Notes: generated from the sequence alone by a model not told the origin. DNA of 64,000 nt from Micavibrio sp. UBA5572 (GCA_002425415.1 DIMG01000033.1:5637-69636), one strand, 5' to 3'. Shown: positions 38,680 to 48,253, numbered from the stretch's first letter. Numbers and translations are program-made.

Positions 38680-39993
38680 ATGTCTAAAACGTCTGGAACA
38701 GAATCTAAAAACACCCTGTATTGTTCTTTCTGCGGAAAGAGCCAGCACGAGGTCAAAAAACTTATCGCAGGGCCTAATGTGTTCATCTGCAACGAGTGCG
38801 TTGAACTGTGCATGGACATCATTCGTGAAGAAGATAAAACACAGCTGGTTAAATCCGGTGATGGAGTTCCAACACCAAGCGAAATCAGAAACGTCCTCGA
38901 TGACTACGTAATCGGTCAGGATCGTGCAAAACGCGTTTTGGCTGTGGCTGTCCACAACCACTACAAACGCTTGCAGATTGGCCAAAAAGGCGCAGATGTA
39001 GAAATCAACAAATCAAACATTCTTCTTGTCGGGCCTACTGGTTCGGGTAAAACCCTTCTGGCACAAACCCTTGCAAGAATTCTTGATGTTCCGTTTACAA
39101 TGGCCGATGCCACCACGTTAACCGAAGCAGGTTATGTGGGGGAAGACGTTGAAAACATTGTTCTCAAACTCTTGCAAAATTGTGATTACAACGTTGAACG
39201 TGCCCAACGCGGGATCGTTTATATCGATGAAATCGACAAAATCAGCCGCAAATCAGACAACCCGTCCATAACACGGGATGTCTCCGGCGAAGGCGTTCAA
39301 CAAGCTTTGCTGAAACTGATGGAAGGCACAATCGCCAGCGTCCCTCCACAAGGCGGCCGCAAACATCCTCAACAAGAATTTTTGCAGGTTGATACCTCAA
39401 ATATTCTGTTTATCTGCGGTGGTGCATTTGCTGGTATCGACAAAATCATTGGTATGAGAGCCAAAGGATCAACCTCAATCGGATTCGGCGCAGATGTGTC
39501 TTCTTCAGAAGAAAAACGCCCGGGCGAAATGATGCGCCAACTGGAAACAGGAGACCTCTTGAAATTCGGCTTAATCCCTGAATTTATCGGACGTTTACCT
39601 GTTCTGGCAACGCTTGACGATCTGGATGAAGCCGCACTGGTCTCCATTCTGACAGAACCCAAAAATGCTTTGGTTAAACAATTCCAACGTTTGTTTGAAA
39701 TGGAATCCACAAAACTGTCGTTTACAGACGGAGCCCTATCCGCCATTGCCGTCAAAGCAATCGAACACAAGACAGGAGCACGTGGCTTACGCTCGATTAT
39801 GGAAGTCATGCTTCTCGATACCATGTATGAAATTCCCGACCTGGACGAAGTCGAAGAAGTCATCGTGAACGAAAAAACCGTCAATGATGGCGAAAAACCT
39901 GTCTATGTTATCTCTGATTCGAAAAAGAAAAAGAAGAAGAGCAAAGACAAAGCCGAAACAGAAGACGATGCCGAAGAAGCCGAAACCGCATAA
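38680..39993 (+). CDS. clpX: ATP-dependent Clp protease ATP-binding subunit ClpX
   Basis: Zinc ribbon [26 protein letters not shown], Walker A GPTGSGKT and IYIDEIDK. It also has an extra Lys/acidic C-terminal tail. Confidence 0.95.
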   Translation: MSKTSGTESKNTLYCSFCGKSQHEVKKLIAGPNVFICNECVELCMDIIREEDKTQLVKSGDGVPTPSEIRNVLDDYVIGQDRAKRVLAVAVHNHYKRLQIGQKGADVEINKSNILLVGPTGSGKTLLAQTLARILDVPFTMADATTLTEAGYVGEDVENIVLKLLQNCDYNVERAQRGIVYIDEIDKISRKSDNPSITRDVSGEGVQQALLKLMEGTIASVPPQGGRKHPQQEFLQVDTSNILFICGGAFAGIDKIIGMRAKGSTSIGFGADVSSSEEKRPGEMMRQLETGDLLKFGLIPEFIGRLPVLATLDDLDEAALVSILTEPKNALVKQFQRLFEMESTKLSFTDGALSAIAVKAIEHKTGARGLRSIMEVMLLDTMYEIPDLDEVEEVIVNEKTVNDGEKPVYVISDSKKKKKKSKDKAETEDDAEEAETA

Positions 39994-39996
39994 AAC

Positions 39997-40026
39997 AAAA
40001 ACCCCGCCAAACAGCGGGGTTTTATC
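39997..40026. terminator. bidirectional rho-independent terminator
   Basis: CCCCGC-CAAACA-GCGGGG stem flanked by an A-run and a T-run, located between convergent genes. Confidence 0.65.
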
Positions 40027-40047
40027 TGCGGACGTTTTTTTGTAGGA

Positions 40048-40428
40048 TCAAATACTCAATCCACTCCAGTGAGCCACTAACCTTTGCTTTCCCCGTGTCC
40101 TAGAAACGGCCACTCCGCAACCCAATGCCCCACATCCACTTACCAATCCTAAAAACCCGAACCCAAAAGCCTTCAGAGTATCAAGGCTACCCCGCTCTCT
40201 CACTTGATTATACTGCGCCACTAAATTTTCAGCTGTGCTTGTCTGCATAGCTTGTTCGACTCTCCTCGCTTGATTAGAAGAATGAGAAGCATCAGAAAAC
40301 TTGGAAAAAGATTCACTTAAAGAACCAACAGCAATAAGCGCGCACATAATGCCGCCAACTGCATATGAAGTAACCCGTTTATCCAACTCTACTAATTTAG
40401 CTTTAGCTTTTTCTTGTCCTGAATTCAT
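40048..40428 (-). CDS. hypothetical membrane protein
   Basis: I chose the start at MNSGQEK (the tracked start is 40482). It has two hydrophobic segments and I recognise no family. Confidence 0.4.
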   Translation of the reverse strand: MNSGQEKAKAKLVELDKRVTSYAVGGIMCALIAVGSLSESFSKFSDASHSSNQARRVEQAMQTSTAENLVAQYNQVRERGSLDTLKAFGFGFLGLVSGCGALGCGVAVSRTRGKQRLVAHWSGLSI

Positions 40429-40503
40429 CTCACACCTGATTTTTCTATACATAAATAAACGAACAGGCTTCGCATTTAACATAAGTAAAAATACACTGCA
40501 AGC

Positions 40504-42198
40504 TTATTTTATGGTGACTAATTCCAGCCTTTTAAGCGCTATGACCCGAGCATCTTGGAAATCCTGAGAAAAAACATAATCAAGCCCCTCTCCATCCAAA
40601 AGCCCCATACGTTTTAAAACACGTCTTGGCGCAGGCTGAAGGTTACTCAAGATAACAAAGATGCCTTTCCGCTGACAGTTATCTAAGAAGGTTCGCAAGG
40701 CCGCTTCACCACTGGCATCAATCATCGGAACAAGCCCAAGGCGCAAAATAAATATTTTTGGCGCGGGCTGTAACTGTTCGACCACATCCATCAATCTCGA
40801 ACCGACACCAAAAAACAATGGCCCACGAAGACGATAGGAAACAACATCACTCGGCAATTCTTCTTCGACGGGAATCCGGTCTCCACTTAAATCATCAACA
40901 TCTTTTTCAATAAAATCCGTATGCTCGGCCATTTGATGCATAAACAAAATCGCTGCCAACACGACCCCGACCTCGATAGCCACCGTCAAGTCCACAGCCA
41001 CAGTCAGAACAAAAGTCAGAACCAACACCAATCTTTCGCCAAACGGAGCTTTTAGCAAATGTCTGATTTTTTCATGCTCTGACATATTCCATGCCACAAC
41101 CATCAAAATAGCAGCCAACGCAGCCAACGGAATATAAGAAGCCAAAGGCGCCAGAAAAACCATTGCCAGCAAGATAAAAACAGCATGCATAATACCGGAA
41201 ACAGGTGTTTTACCCCCCGAGCGAATATTGGTCACTGTCCGAGCAATAGCACCGGTTGCTGGTAATCCTCCGAACAAGGGCGACACCAGATTGGCGATCC
41301 CCTGCCCGACCAGCTCACAATTGGAGCGATGCCGTCTGTTAATCATGCCATCTGCAACCACAGATGATAACAAGGACTCAACCCCTGCCAGAAATGCAAT
41401 GGTAAACGCAGAAGGTATCAATTCAACAATCCTCACAATGTTTATGCCCTCTGGCAAATGCGGCATCGGTAAACTATGGGGCAACTCCCCGAAAGCCGAG
41501 CCAATTGTAACGACAGGAAGACCAAAAGAAATCACAGCCACAGAGGAAAAGACAACTGCAAGTAAAAAAGCAGGCAAATGTGGAAAATATTTTCTTAAAA
41601 CAAAGATCAAAACCAAGGAAGCCGAAGACACGCCGAGAGCGCCAAGATTTAAACTATCTCGGGCATCCCAATAAACCTTCCATTTTTCAAGAAACAATCC
41701 GGGGACTTTCTCGATTTCCAATCCAAAGAAATCTCGAATTTGTGAAGAAAAAATAATAACAGCAATACCGGCCGTAAACCCTGTAATAACAGGCTGGGGA
41801 ATATATTTGATCCACGTACCAAGCCTTGCCGCACCAGCAATCAAGAGCATGATACCGGCCATCATAGTGGCAATCAACAATCCGTCATATCCATGTTGCC
41901 CGATAACATTATAGACAACAACAACAAACGCCCCCGTAGGCCCACCGATCTGAACACGACTACCCCCCAAGGCAGAAATCAGAAATCCCGCAACAACAGC
42001 CGTAATCAATCCTTTATCCGGCGTCGCCCCCGATGCAATTCCAAGAGCCATCGCCAAAGGAATGGCAACAATGGCTACCGTCAAACCGGCAAGAGCATCC
42101 GCTCGAAAAAACTTAAGGGAATATCCCTCTTGCAAAACTGTAAAAAGCTTTGGAACATAGAGATGCCACCACACAGATTTATTAGAGATACGATTCAT
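40504..42198 (-). CDS. SulP family anion transporter with STAS domain
   Basis: 564-aa polytopic N-terminal domain with a C-terminal STAS-like segment (ILRLGLVPMIDASG). Confidence 0.9.
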   Translation of the reverse strand: MNRISNKSVWWHLYVPKLFTVLQEGYSLKFFRADALAGLTVAIVAIPLAMALGIASGATPDKGLITAVVAGFLISALGGSRVQIGGPTGAFVVVVYNVIGQHGYDGLLIATMMAGIMLLIAGAARLGTWIKYIPQPVITGFTAGIAVIIFSSQIRDFFGLEIEKVPGLFLEKWKVYWDARDSLNLGALGVSSASLVLIFVLRKYFPHLPAFLLAVVFSSVAVISFGLPVVTIGSAFGELPHSLPMPHLPEGINIVRIVELIPSAFTIAFLAGVESLLSSVVADGMINRRHRSNCELVGQGIANLVSPLFGGLPATGAIARTVTNIRSGGKTPVSGIMHAVFILLAMVFLAPLASYIPLAALAAILMVVAWNMSEHEKIRHLLKAPFGERLVLVLTFVLTVAVDLTVAIEVGVVLAAILFMHQMAEHTDFIEKDVDDLSGDRIPVEEELPSDVVSYRLRGPLFFGVGSRLMDVVEQLQPAPKIFILRLGLVPMIDASGEAALRTFLDNCQRKGIFVILSNLQPAPRRVLKRMGLLDGEGLDYVFSQDFQDARVIALKRLELVTIK

Positions 42199-42217
42199 AT
42201 TTTAGAACTTTTCAGAA

Positions 42218-42239
42218 AAGAGGCTATAAAGAGGCTATA
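42218..42239. repeat. perfect tandem duplication 2 x 11 bp (AAGAGGCTATA)
   Basis: Read directly from the sequence. It lies 20 nt upstream of the sulP start, on the opposite strand. Confidence 0.9.
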
Positions 42240-42384
42240 TTGAGCGAGACCATAAATCCCAATAGCAAATATGAATAGTGAAATCTTTATCATTCATATG
42301 AAATTATGTTAAAGAAGAAATAAGAAACAGGGAAAATATATGCAAACCATTAATCATACGTTATGATTTAATGAATATTCTTAC

Positions 42385-43392
42385 ATGAACCATACAGTAA
42401 AAACCGTCCAAAATTCTCGGAGTCAAAAAATGTCCCAATCTGCAAAATTAATGCCCCTTCCAAACAAAAGTTACCGCCTGATAACCCGAAGCGATATGGA
42501 CGGACTTGTCTGTGGTATATTACTCAAAGAATTAGGAATGATTGATGACATTACCTTTGCTCACCCGAAAGACATGCAAGACGGCTTGATTGAAGTTGGA
42601 CAAGACGACATTACAACCAACCTGCCCTATGTCGAAGGTGTTTTCATGGCTTTTGACCACCACGCCAGCGAAGTTGAACGTGTCGGCGGCTTAAAAGAAA
42701 ACCATATCATTGACCCGAAAGCTCCATCTGCAGCACGGGTTGTTTATGATTATTTTGGGGGAAAATCCCGCTTTCCTCGCGTTCCTGATGAAATGATGGA
42801 AGCCGTAGACAAAGCCGACTCGGCCGCTTTCACCAAAGAAGATGTTTTGAACCCTCAAGGTTGGGAACTTTTATCTTTCCTGATGGATGCCCGTACCGGA
42901 TTGGGTCGTTTCCGTGATTTTAGCATTTCAAACTATCAGTTAATGATGCAACTCATAGATTTTTGCCGCGAACACGATGACATCAAAGAAATTCTTGAAT
43001 TGCCGGATGTTAAAGAACGGGTCGAACTCTTCAAAGAACAACAATCTAAATTTCGAGAACAAATTGAACGCTGCGCACGGATTAAAAAGAATGTTATTGC
43101 TCTGGATCTCAGAAATGAAGACACAATTTATGCAGGCAATCGTTTCATGATTTATGCCTTGTTCCCACAATGCAATATCTCCATCCATATTCTTTGGGGA
43201 AAAAATAAACAAAACACCGTTTTTGCAATCGGAAAATCCATCCTCAATAAAACCAGCACAACCGACATTGGAGCATTGTGCCTTTCCTATGCTGGTGGTG
43301 GACACAATGCCGCCGGAACATGTCAAGTGGATAATCTCAAAGCAGATGAAATCCTTGATGAAATTGTTGAAAAACTAAACAAAGACGGATAG
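42385..43392 (+). CDS. DHH-family phosphoesterase-like protein
   Basis: RSDMDGLVCGILLKE (DxD-type motif) and AFDHH motif. An alternative start is at 42430. Confidence 0.6.
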   Translation: MNHTVKTVQNSRSQKMSQSAKLMPLPNKSYRLITRSDMDGLVCGILLKELGMIDDITFAHPKDMQDGLIEVGQDDITTNLPYVEGVFMAFDHHASEVERVGGLKENHIIDPKAPSAARVVYDYFGGKSRFPRVPDEMMEAVDKADSAAFTKEDVLNPQGWELLSFLMDARTGLGRFRDFSISNYQLMMQLIDFCREHDDIKEILELPDVKERVELFKEQQSKFREQIERCARIKKNVIALDLRNEDTIYAGNRFMIYALFPQCNISIHILWGKNKQNTVFAIGKSILNKTSTTDIGALCLSYAGGGHNAAGTCQVDNLKADEILDEIVEKLNKDG

Positions 43393-43404
43393 GCCTACCT
43401 TTCA

Positions 43405-44751
43405 ATGCCATCCCCCGTTATCTGTTGGTTCAGACAAGACCTGAGACTATCCGACAATCCCGCTTGGTTTGCAGCTTGTTCGTCGGGGTCGCCAGTCATT
43501 CCAATTTACATTCTTGATGACCAAAATGCTAAAGAATGGAAAATAGGTGAAGCCAGCTGTGTTTGGCTTCACCATTCTTTAGAACAACTTTCACAAAATA
43601 TGAACGGCAACCTGCTTTGCATGACCGGAAAAGCAGATAGAATTATTCCTGATCTTATCCAACGATATGGCGTAAAAAAAATATTCTGGAACAGGTGCTA
43701 CGAACCTTGGCGCGTTAACCATGACAAGATTATAAAAGAAAATCTCCTGACCAAAAATATTTTAATCGAAGATTTTAACGGGTCTCTATTGTGGGAACCA
43801 TGGGAAATAAAAAAACAAGACGGAACACCCTATAAGGTGTTTACACCGTATTTTCGCAAAGGTTGCCTGAATGCACCCCCGCCGCGAGAACCATTAAGGC
43901 AACCAAAACTCCCGACTTTTTATCCGACAAGCGAACAAATCAACAAACCAAATGATCTAAATCTCTTGCCCAAAACACCACGCTGGGACACCCCGATGAT
44001 GTCTTTTTGGACAACGGGAGAATCAGCCGCACAAACGGCACTGGACACCTTCCTTGATAAAAAATTATCAGGATATAAAGAGGGGCGAAATTTCCCCGAA
44101 CATGACCAAACCTCAAAACTTTCACCGCATTTACATTTCGGAGAAATTTCGCCCAACCAGATATGGTACAAAGCCACCGAATACGGAATTAAATCAGGAC
44201 ACAATTCCGATTTGGACTGCTTCCAATCCGAACTCGCATGGAGAGAATTCTCCCATTCACTTTTATTTTATAACCCCCACCTGCCGACATCTCCGCTCAA
44301 CCGCAAATTTGAAAACTTTAACTGGGCAGACCCAGACCAACAAACATTGGAAAAATGGCAAACAGGACAAACAGGTTACCCAATTGTAGATGCAGGAATG
44401 CGCGAACTATGGGCAACAGGCTATATGCACAACAGAGTCAGAATGATCGTGGCATCATTCCTAATCAAAGACTTGCGCTACCATTGGCGCATCGGCGAAG
44501 ACTGGTTCTGGAACACACTCGTCGATGCCAATCTGGCTAATAATGCCGTCTCATGGCAATGGGTTGCAGGTTGCGGAGCGGACGCAGCCCCTTACTTCAG
44601 AATTTTTAACCCGACCACTCAAAGCGAAAAATTTGATCCTCTAAAAAACTATATAAGGAAATGGGCACCCGACTCACACACATTGCCGCCGATTGTCGAT
44701 CATAAAAAAGCCCGTGAAGCAGCGCTTGAGGCGTTTAAAGCAATCAAGTAA
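43405..44751 (+). CDS. phrB: deoxyribodipyrimidine photolyase
   Basis: WFRQDLRLSDNPA N-terminus, then WREF and TGYPIVDAGMRELWATGYMHNRVRM in the FAD-binding region. Confidence 0.9.
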   Translation: MPSPVICWFRQDLRLSDNPAWFAACSSGSPVIPIYILDDQNAKEWKIGEASCVWLHHSLEQLSQNMNGNLLCMTGKADRIIPDLIQRYGVKKIFWNRCYEPWRVNHDKIIKENLLTKNILIEDFNGSLLWEPWEIKKQDGTPYKVFTPYFRKGCLNAPPPREPLRQPKLPTFYPTSEQINKPNDLNLLPKTPRWDTPMMSFWTTGESAAQTALDTFLDKKLSGYKEGRNFPEHDQTSKLSPHLHFGEISPNQIWYKATEYGIKSGHNSDLDCFQSELAWREFSHSLLFYNPHLPTSPLNRKFENFNWADPDQQTLEKWQTGQTGYPIVDAGMRELWATGYMHNRVRMIVASFLIKDLRYHWRIGEDWFWNTLVDANLANNAVSWQWVAGCGADAAPYFRIFNPTTQSEKFDPLKNYIRKWAPDSHTLPPIVDHKKAREAALEAFKAIK

Positions 44752-44760
44752 GATCATATA

Positions 44761-45633
44761 ATGACACAAATCAAAACCATAGGGATTCTTTCTCCGTCCA
44801 GCTCCATCATCCGTCCTGCCTTTGAAGCGGGCGTAAAGATATTACAAGATCGTGGTTATCATGTGGTTATCCATCCTCAAACCTATTCCGGAACAAATTC
44901 TGACAACCAAATGGCTGGAACGCCCCAAGATAAACTCGCAGCCTATAGAGATTTAATCAATCATCCCGATGTGGATATTATAATGGCAGCGGCTGGCGGA
45001 AACCGATCATGTTTCATTCTTTCCGATCTGGAGCAACTCACCAATCGCAAACCGATCATGGGATTCAGCGATACAACAGCCATCCTCTGTCTGGACAAAA
45101 AACAAGGCCTAGGCAGCTATTTTGGACCCACAGTCCAAACACTGGGTCGAATGGACTCCCGCCACCTTAATCTGACATTCTCCATTCTAGAAAACAAACC
45201 TGTAGAACCTATTCAATGGAACACAGCACAAACAATTCATTCGGGAACAGTCACCGCACCGGTCTTTGCCGCGACCTTATCCGTTTTATGCGCTTTGGCC
45301 GGAACAAAATTTTTTCCAGATTTGAACAGCCATATTCTTTTACTCGAAGATATAGGCGAAGAATTTAGCCATTTGGATCGTATGCTCTGGCAACTATCCC
45401 AAGTCATAAATTTTACAAACCTATCCGGTTTGATCTTCGGACAATTCACAGATTCAAAGGATACAGGCCGTCCCTATGGCGAGAATCTGGATCAAATGAT
45501 AAAAAATTATGCAAAAACTTTAATCTGCCCGATCCTAACAAATGCGCCGTTCGGACATGACAACCAAATCTTTCCGATCCTCTCAGGGAAAACCGTCACA
45601 TTAAACGCGACAAACCGCACCTTGATTTTATAG
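44761..45633 (+). CDS. LD-carboxypeptidase (S66 family)
   Basis: Nucleophile motif GFSDTTA, then LLEDIGEE and FGH. Confidence 0.85.
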   Translation: MTQIKTIGILSPSSSIIRPAFEAGVKILQDRGYHVVIHPQTYSGTNSDNQMAGTPQDKLAAYRDLINHPDVDIIMAAAGGNRSCFILSDLEQLTNRKPIMGFSDTTAILCLDKKQGLGSYFGPTVQTLGRMDSRHLNLTFSILENKPVEPIQWNTAQTIHSGTVTAPVFAATLSVLCALAGTKFFPDLNSHILLLEDIGEEFSHLDRMLWQLSQVINFTNLSGLIFGQFTDSKDTGRPYGENLDQMIKNYAKTLICPILTNAPFGHDNQIFPILSGKTVTLNATNRTLIL

Positions 45634-45680
45634 GCAAAATTGCCTAGAAACTCGTCAATATAATTACACCGAGGCTTAAT

Positions 45681-46019
45681 ATGACATTTGTAGTGACCGA
45701 CATTTGCATTAAATGTAAATACACCGACTGCGTTGAAGTCTGCCCTGTTGACTGTTTTTACGAAGGTGAAAACACATTGGTCATCCATCCTGATGAATGC
45801 ATAGATTGCGGTGTCTGCGAACCGGAATGTCCGATTGAAGCAATTGTTCCGGATTCTCACCCATCAGGCCAAGAATATCTTGAAATGAACACTAAATATG
45901 CATCTATTTGGCCCAATATCACCCGCAAAAAAAGCCCGATGCCGGAAGCCGAAAAGTTCAAATCACTAAAAAATAAATTTAAAGAGTGGTTTTCTCCGAA
46001 TCCTGGCGAAGGTGATTAG
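45681..46019 (+). CDS. fdxA: ferredoxin FdxA (7Fe type)
   Basis: [18 protein letters not shown] and [12 protein letters not shown] cluster motifs. Confidence 0.95.
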   Translation: MTFVVTDICIKCKYTDCVEVCPVDCFYEGENTLVIHPDECIDCGVCEPECPIEAIVPDSHPSGQEYLEMNTKYASIWPNITRKKSPMPEAEKFKSLKNKFKEWFSPNPGEGD

Positions 46020-46080
46020 CTTCAAAACTCTAACGAGTCCACCAGAAATAAGCAAATCTTAATGATTCGCAAAGAAAAAA

Positions 46081-46108
46081 TTGAAAAATACCAAAAATCT
46101 GCTATACT
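46081..46108 (+). promoter_or_regulatory. putative sigma70-type promoter upstream of carD
   Basis: TTGAAA-16 nt-TATACT followed by CCCC. It predicts a leader of about 175 nt containing two hairpins (AGGAGTG/CACTCCT and ATGGCAAT/ATTGCCAT). Confidence 0.4.
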
Positions 46109-46290
46109 CCCCGACATGCTTAAGCGATGAGCCGGATACAGGAGTGGGCAACTAGTCTTTTAAACACTCCTTTATTCAGCGTCAATGGCAATTTTCATTG
46201 CCATATACCTAACATCGAGAGCGTGAAATAAGAGCAATCCGGCGAAGCTTGACACAGGGCGATGCCACCGAAAACTACACTTAAACCGAT

Positions 46291-47628
46291 ATGCAAGCAA
46301 AAGGGCGTAAAGGCATGAAAAAGAACGAAAAAGTCAAAAAAATTACTGCAAAAAAAACCACTTCGGTTGCGAAATCTGCTGCCAAGACTACTTCTTCTAA
46401 GTCTACCGCTAAAAAAACAACAAAAACAATTGCCAAACCAACTGCTAAAAAAGTAGCAACAAAAACCGCTGTTAAAGCTGTTAAAAAAGTAACACCTGCA
46501 AAAAAAGCCACAGCCAAAGTAAAACCACAGGCAAAGGCCACCCCTAAAAAAGTAGTTCCAACCAAAACAGCCGTCAAATCAACGGTTAAAACGGTTAAAA
46601 AGACAACGGTGAAAACAGCGCCTATCAAAGCTGCGCCTAAAAAAGCAACAATTACAAAGAAAGCAACAACGCCTGTGAAAATTTCAGCCAAAACGAAAAA
46701 AACAGCCGCGACGCCAGCAAAAGCCCCGATAAAAGCCACGGCCAAAACTCCAGTGAAAACAGCTGCCCCTAAAGTTACAGCCAAAACAAAAAAAACGTCC
46801 TCTGTTAAAACAACAGCGGTAAAAACAACAACAAAAGCGAAAGCTCCAGCCAAAATAACGGCAAAGTCGCCTATTATTGTAAAAACGCCACAAAATCAGA
46901 ATATGCCGTCTCTATCAACCGGCTCAACCAAAACGATTGTGACCATGGTGCCACAAAAACTGCCAACATCGATATCCACAACAAGTCTGGCATCGACAAA
47001 ACCGGCATACCGCCCCATTCAGGTCATCAACAAGCCTCTGGCTCCGTTGCAACCTGTCCGTCAAATGGCGCCAATCTCTAAGGAGGCAGAAAAAATCGAA
47101 TTTAATAAAGGCGACTACGTTTGCTACCCAGCCCACGGTGTCGGAGAAATCGAAGCAGTCGAAACTCAAACTATTGGTGGCATGGAAATCAAACTCTACG
47201 CCATCGCCTTTGAAAAAGACCGTATGCGTCTCAAAGTTCCAGTATCCAAGGCTCATGCCTCTGGCTTACGTCGCCTATCATCGAGCGGCCGCATGGAAGA
47301 CGCCTTGAAAACACTACAAGGCCGCGCCCATGTTCGCCGTGCCATGTGGTCGCGCCGAGCTCAAGAATATGAAACCAAGATCAACTCCGGGGATCCTGTT
47401 TCAATCGCCGAAGTTCTTCGTGACCTAAAGCGCAGCAACGACGACACAGAGCAATCCTATTCCGAGCGCCAGATTTACCAATCTGCTTTGGAACGGTTGG
47501 CTCGCGAAGTCGCCGCAGTCGAAAAAATCTCGGAAGAAGCCGCCGCAGAGCGTCTGGAAAACATGATTAAAGGCCGCAAAGCCCGCTCTTCTACTGAAAA
47601 AACAGAGAACAAAGAACAAGCGGCCTAA
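46291..47628 (+). CDS. carD: CarD/CdnL-family transcription regulator with long Lys/Ala/Thr-rich N-terminal extension
   Basis: The C-terminal 187 aa or so (from Met259 at 47065) reads FNKGDYVCYPAHGVGEIEAVE...MEIKLYAIAF...LKVPV, a CarD_CdnL_TRCF pattern. The N-terminal 258 aa or so is AKKTTxK-type low complexity. An alternative start is at 46315. Confidence 0.85.
   Translation: MQAKGRKGMKKNEKVKKITAKKTTSVAKSAAKTTSSKSTAKKTTKTIAKPTAKKVATKTAVKAVKKVTPAKKATAKVKPQAKATPKKVVPTKTAVKSTVKTVKKTTVKTAPIKAAPKKATITKKATTPVKISAKTKKTAATPAKAPIKATAKTPVKTAAPKVTAKTKKTSSVKTTAVKTTTKAKAPAKITAKSPIIVKTPQNQNMPSLSTGSTKTIVTMVPQKLPTSISTTSLASTKPAYRPIQVINKPLAPLQPVRQMAPISKEAEKIEFNKGDYVCYPAHGVGEIEAVETQTIGGMEIKLYAIAFEKDRMRLKVPVSKAHASGLRRLSSSGRMEDALKTLQGRAHVRRAMWSRRAQEYETKINSGDPVSIAEVLRDLKRSNDDTEQSYSERQIYQSALERLAREVAAVEKISEEAAAERLENMIKGRKARSSTEKTENKEQAA
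46315..46872 (+). repeat. degenerate coding low-complexity repeat (histone H1-like K/A/T/P tract)
   Basis: By eye, roughly one residue in three is Lys, with recurrent AKK / TAK / KTA units and no exact DNA repeat. Confidence 0.8.
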
Positions 47629-47654
47629 CACGCCTAGAGCTTTACGTTTCGGGG

Positions 47655-47687
47655 ACAGGCCATGATACATTCATGGCCTGTTTTTTA
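47655..47687 (+). terminator. rho-independent terminator after carD
   Basis: ACAGGCCATGA-TACAT-TCATGGCCTGT stem-loop followed by TTTTT. Confidence 0.7.
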
Positions 47688-47755
47688 TAGCAGCCCCCTC
47701 AGAAGAAGCCTAGGAAAAGTGCAAAACGCGATGTGAAAGTAAATTGGAAAGACTA

Positions 47756-47784
47756 TATACACGGAAAAAAACTTAGGCTATACT
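47756..47784 (+). promoter_or_regulatory. putative promoter of cspA
   Basis: TATACA-17 nt-TATACT followed by CCCCCC. It shares GCTATACTCCCC with the carD promoter candidate. Confidence 0.35.
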
Positions 47785-47790
47785 CCCCCC

Positions 47791-47919
47791 GTATGAGTTT
47801 CTGCGGTGAATTTAATCAGTGTGACACCCTATAAGGTGTTGTCTGTAACTATAGAATGCATCCCTGAGACTAGAATACATAACTACCACTTTAATAACTT
47901 AATTTAAGGATGCAAAACT
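47791..47919 (+). promoter_or_regulatory. long 5' leader of cold-shock gene
   Basis: About 130 nt separate the candidate -10 from the cspA ATG, with a hairpin GACACC...GGTGT. Long structured leaders are typical of cspA-family genes. Confidence 0.4.
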
Positions 47920-48126
47920 ATGGCTACCGGTACAGTAAAATGGTTCAACGGACAAAAAGGATTCGGATTTATCGTTCCTGATGATGGCGGAAAAGATATT
48001 TTCGTTCACATCTCTGCAGTTGAGAAATCAGGAATGAAAACACTCAATGAAGGACAAAGAGTTTCTTACGATCTTGAAACAAGCCGCGGAAAAACTGCCG
48101 CTGTAAATCTTCAAGACGCAGCATAA
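47920..48126 (+). CDS. cspA: cold-shock protein (CSD)
   Basis: [15 protein letters not shown] (RNP1) and DIFVHIS (RNP2). Confidence 0.95.
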   Translation: MATGTVKWFNGQKGFGFIVPDDGGKDIFVHISAVEKSGMKTLNEGQRVSYDLETSRGKTAAVNLQDAA

Positions 48127-48162
48127 CCAGTCGTCTTTACCACTATGGTAAACAACAAAAAT

Positions 48163-48193
48163 AAAAGGGTCAGAATGACCCTTTTATTTTTTT
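48163..48193. terminator. rho-independent terminator (possibly bidirectional)
   Basis: AAAAGGGTC-AGAAT-GACCCTTTT stem-loop followed by a T-run, located between convergent genes. Confidence 0.65.
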
Positions 48194-48253
48194 AAGAACA
48201 ACGCAACGTCCCGTAAAGAACGACTTTTATAGTTTTCTTAGTGAGAAAAAAAC

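Noticed and set aside
46281-46853. 190-aa minus-strand ORF encoding a very hydrophobic Ala/Val/Phe/Gly-rich 'membrane protein'
   Set aside because: It is the mirror image of the Lys/Ala/Thr-rich carD extension: AAA/GCN/ACN codons read antisense as TTT/NGC/NGT. The plus-strand frame continues into a recognisable CarD domain, so the antisense ORF is a compositional artefact.
46315-46872. Repetitive region considered as a CRISPR or tandem DNA repeat
   Set aside because: There are no exact DNA repeats or spacers. The periodicity exists only at the amino-acid composition level within a continuous ORF.
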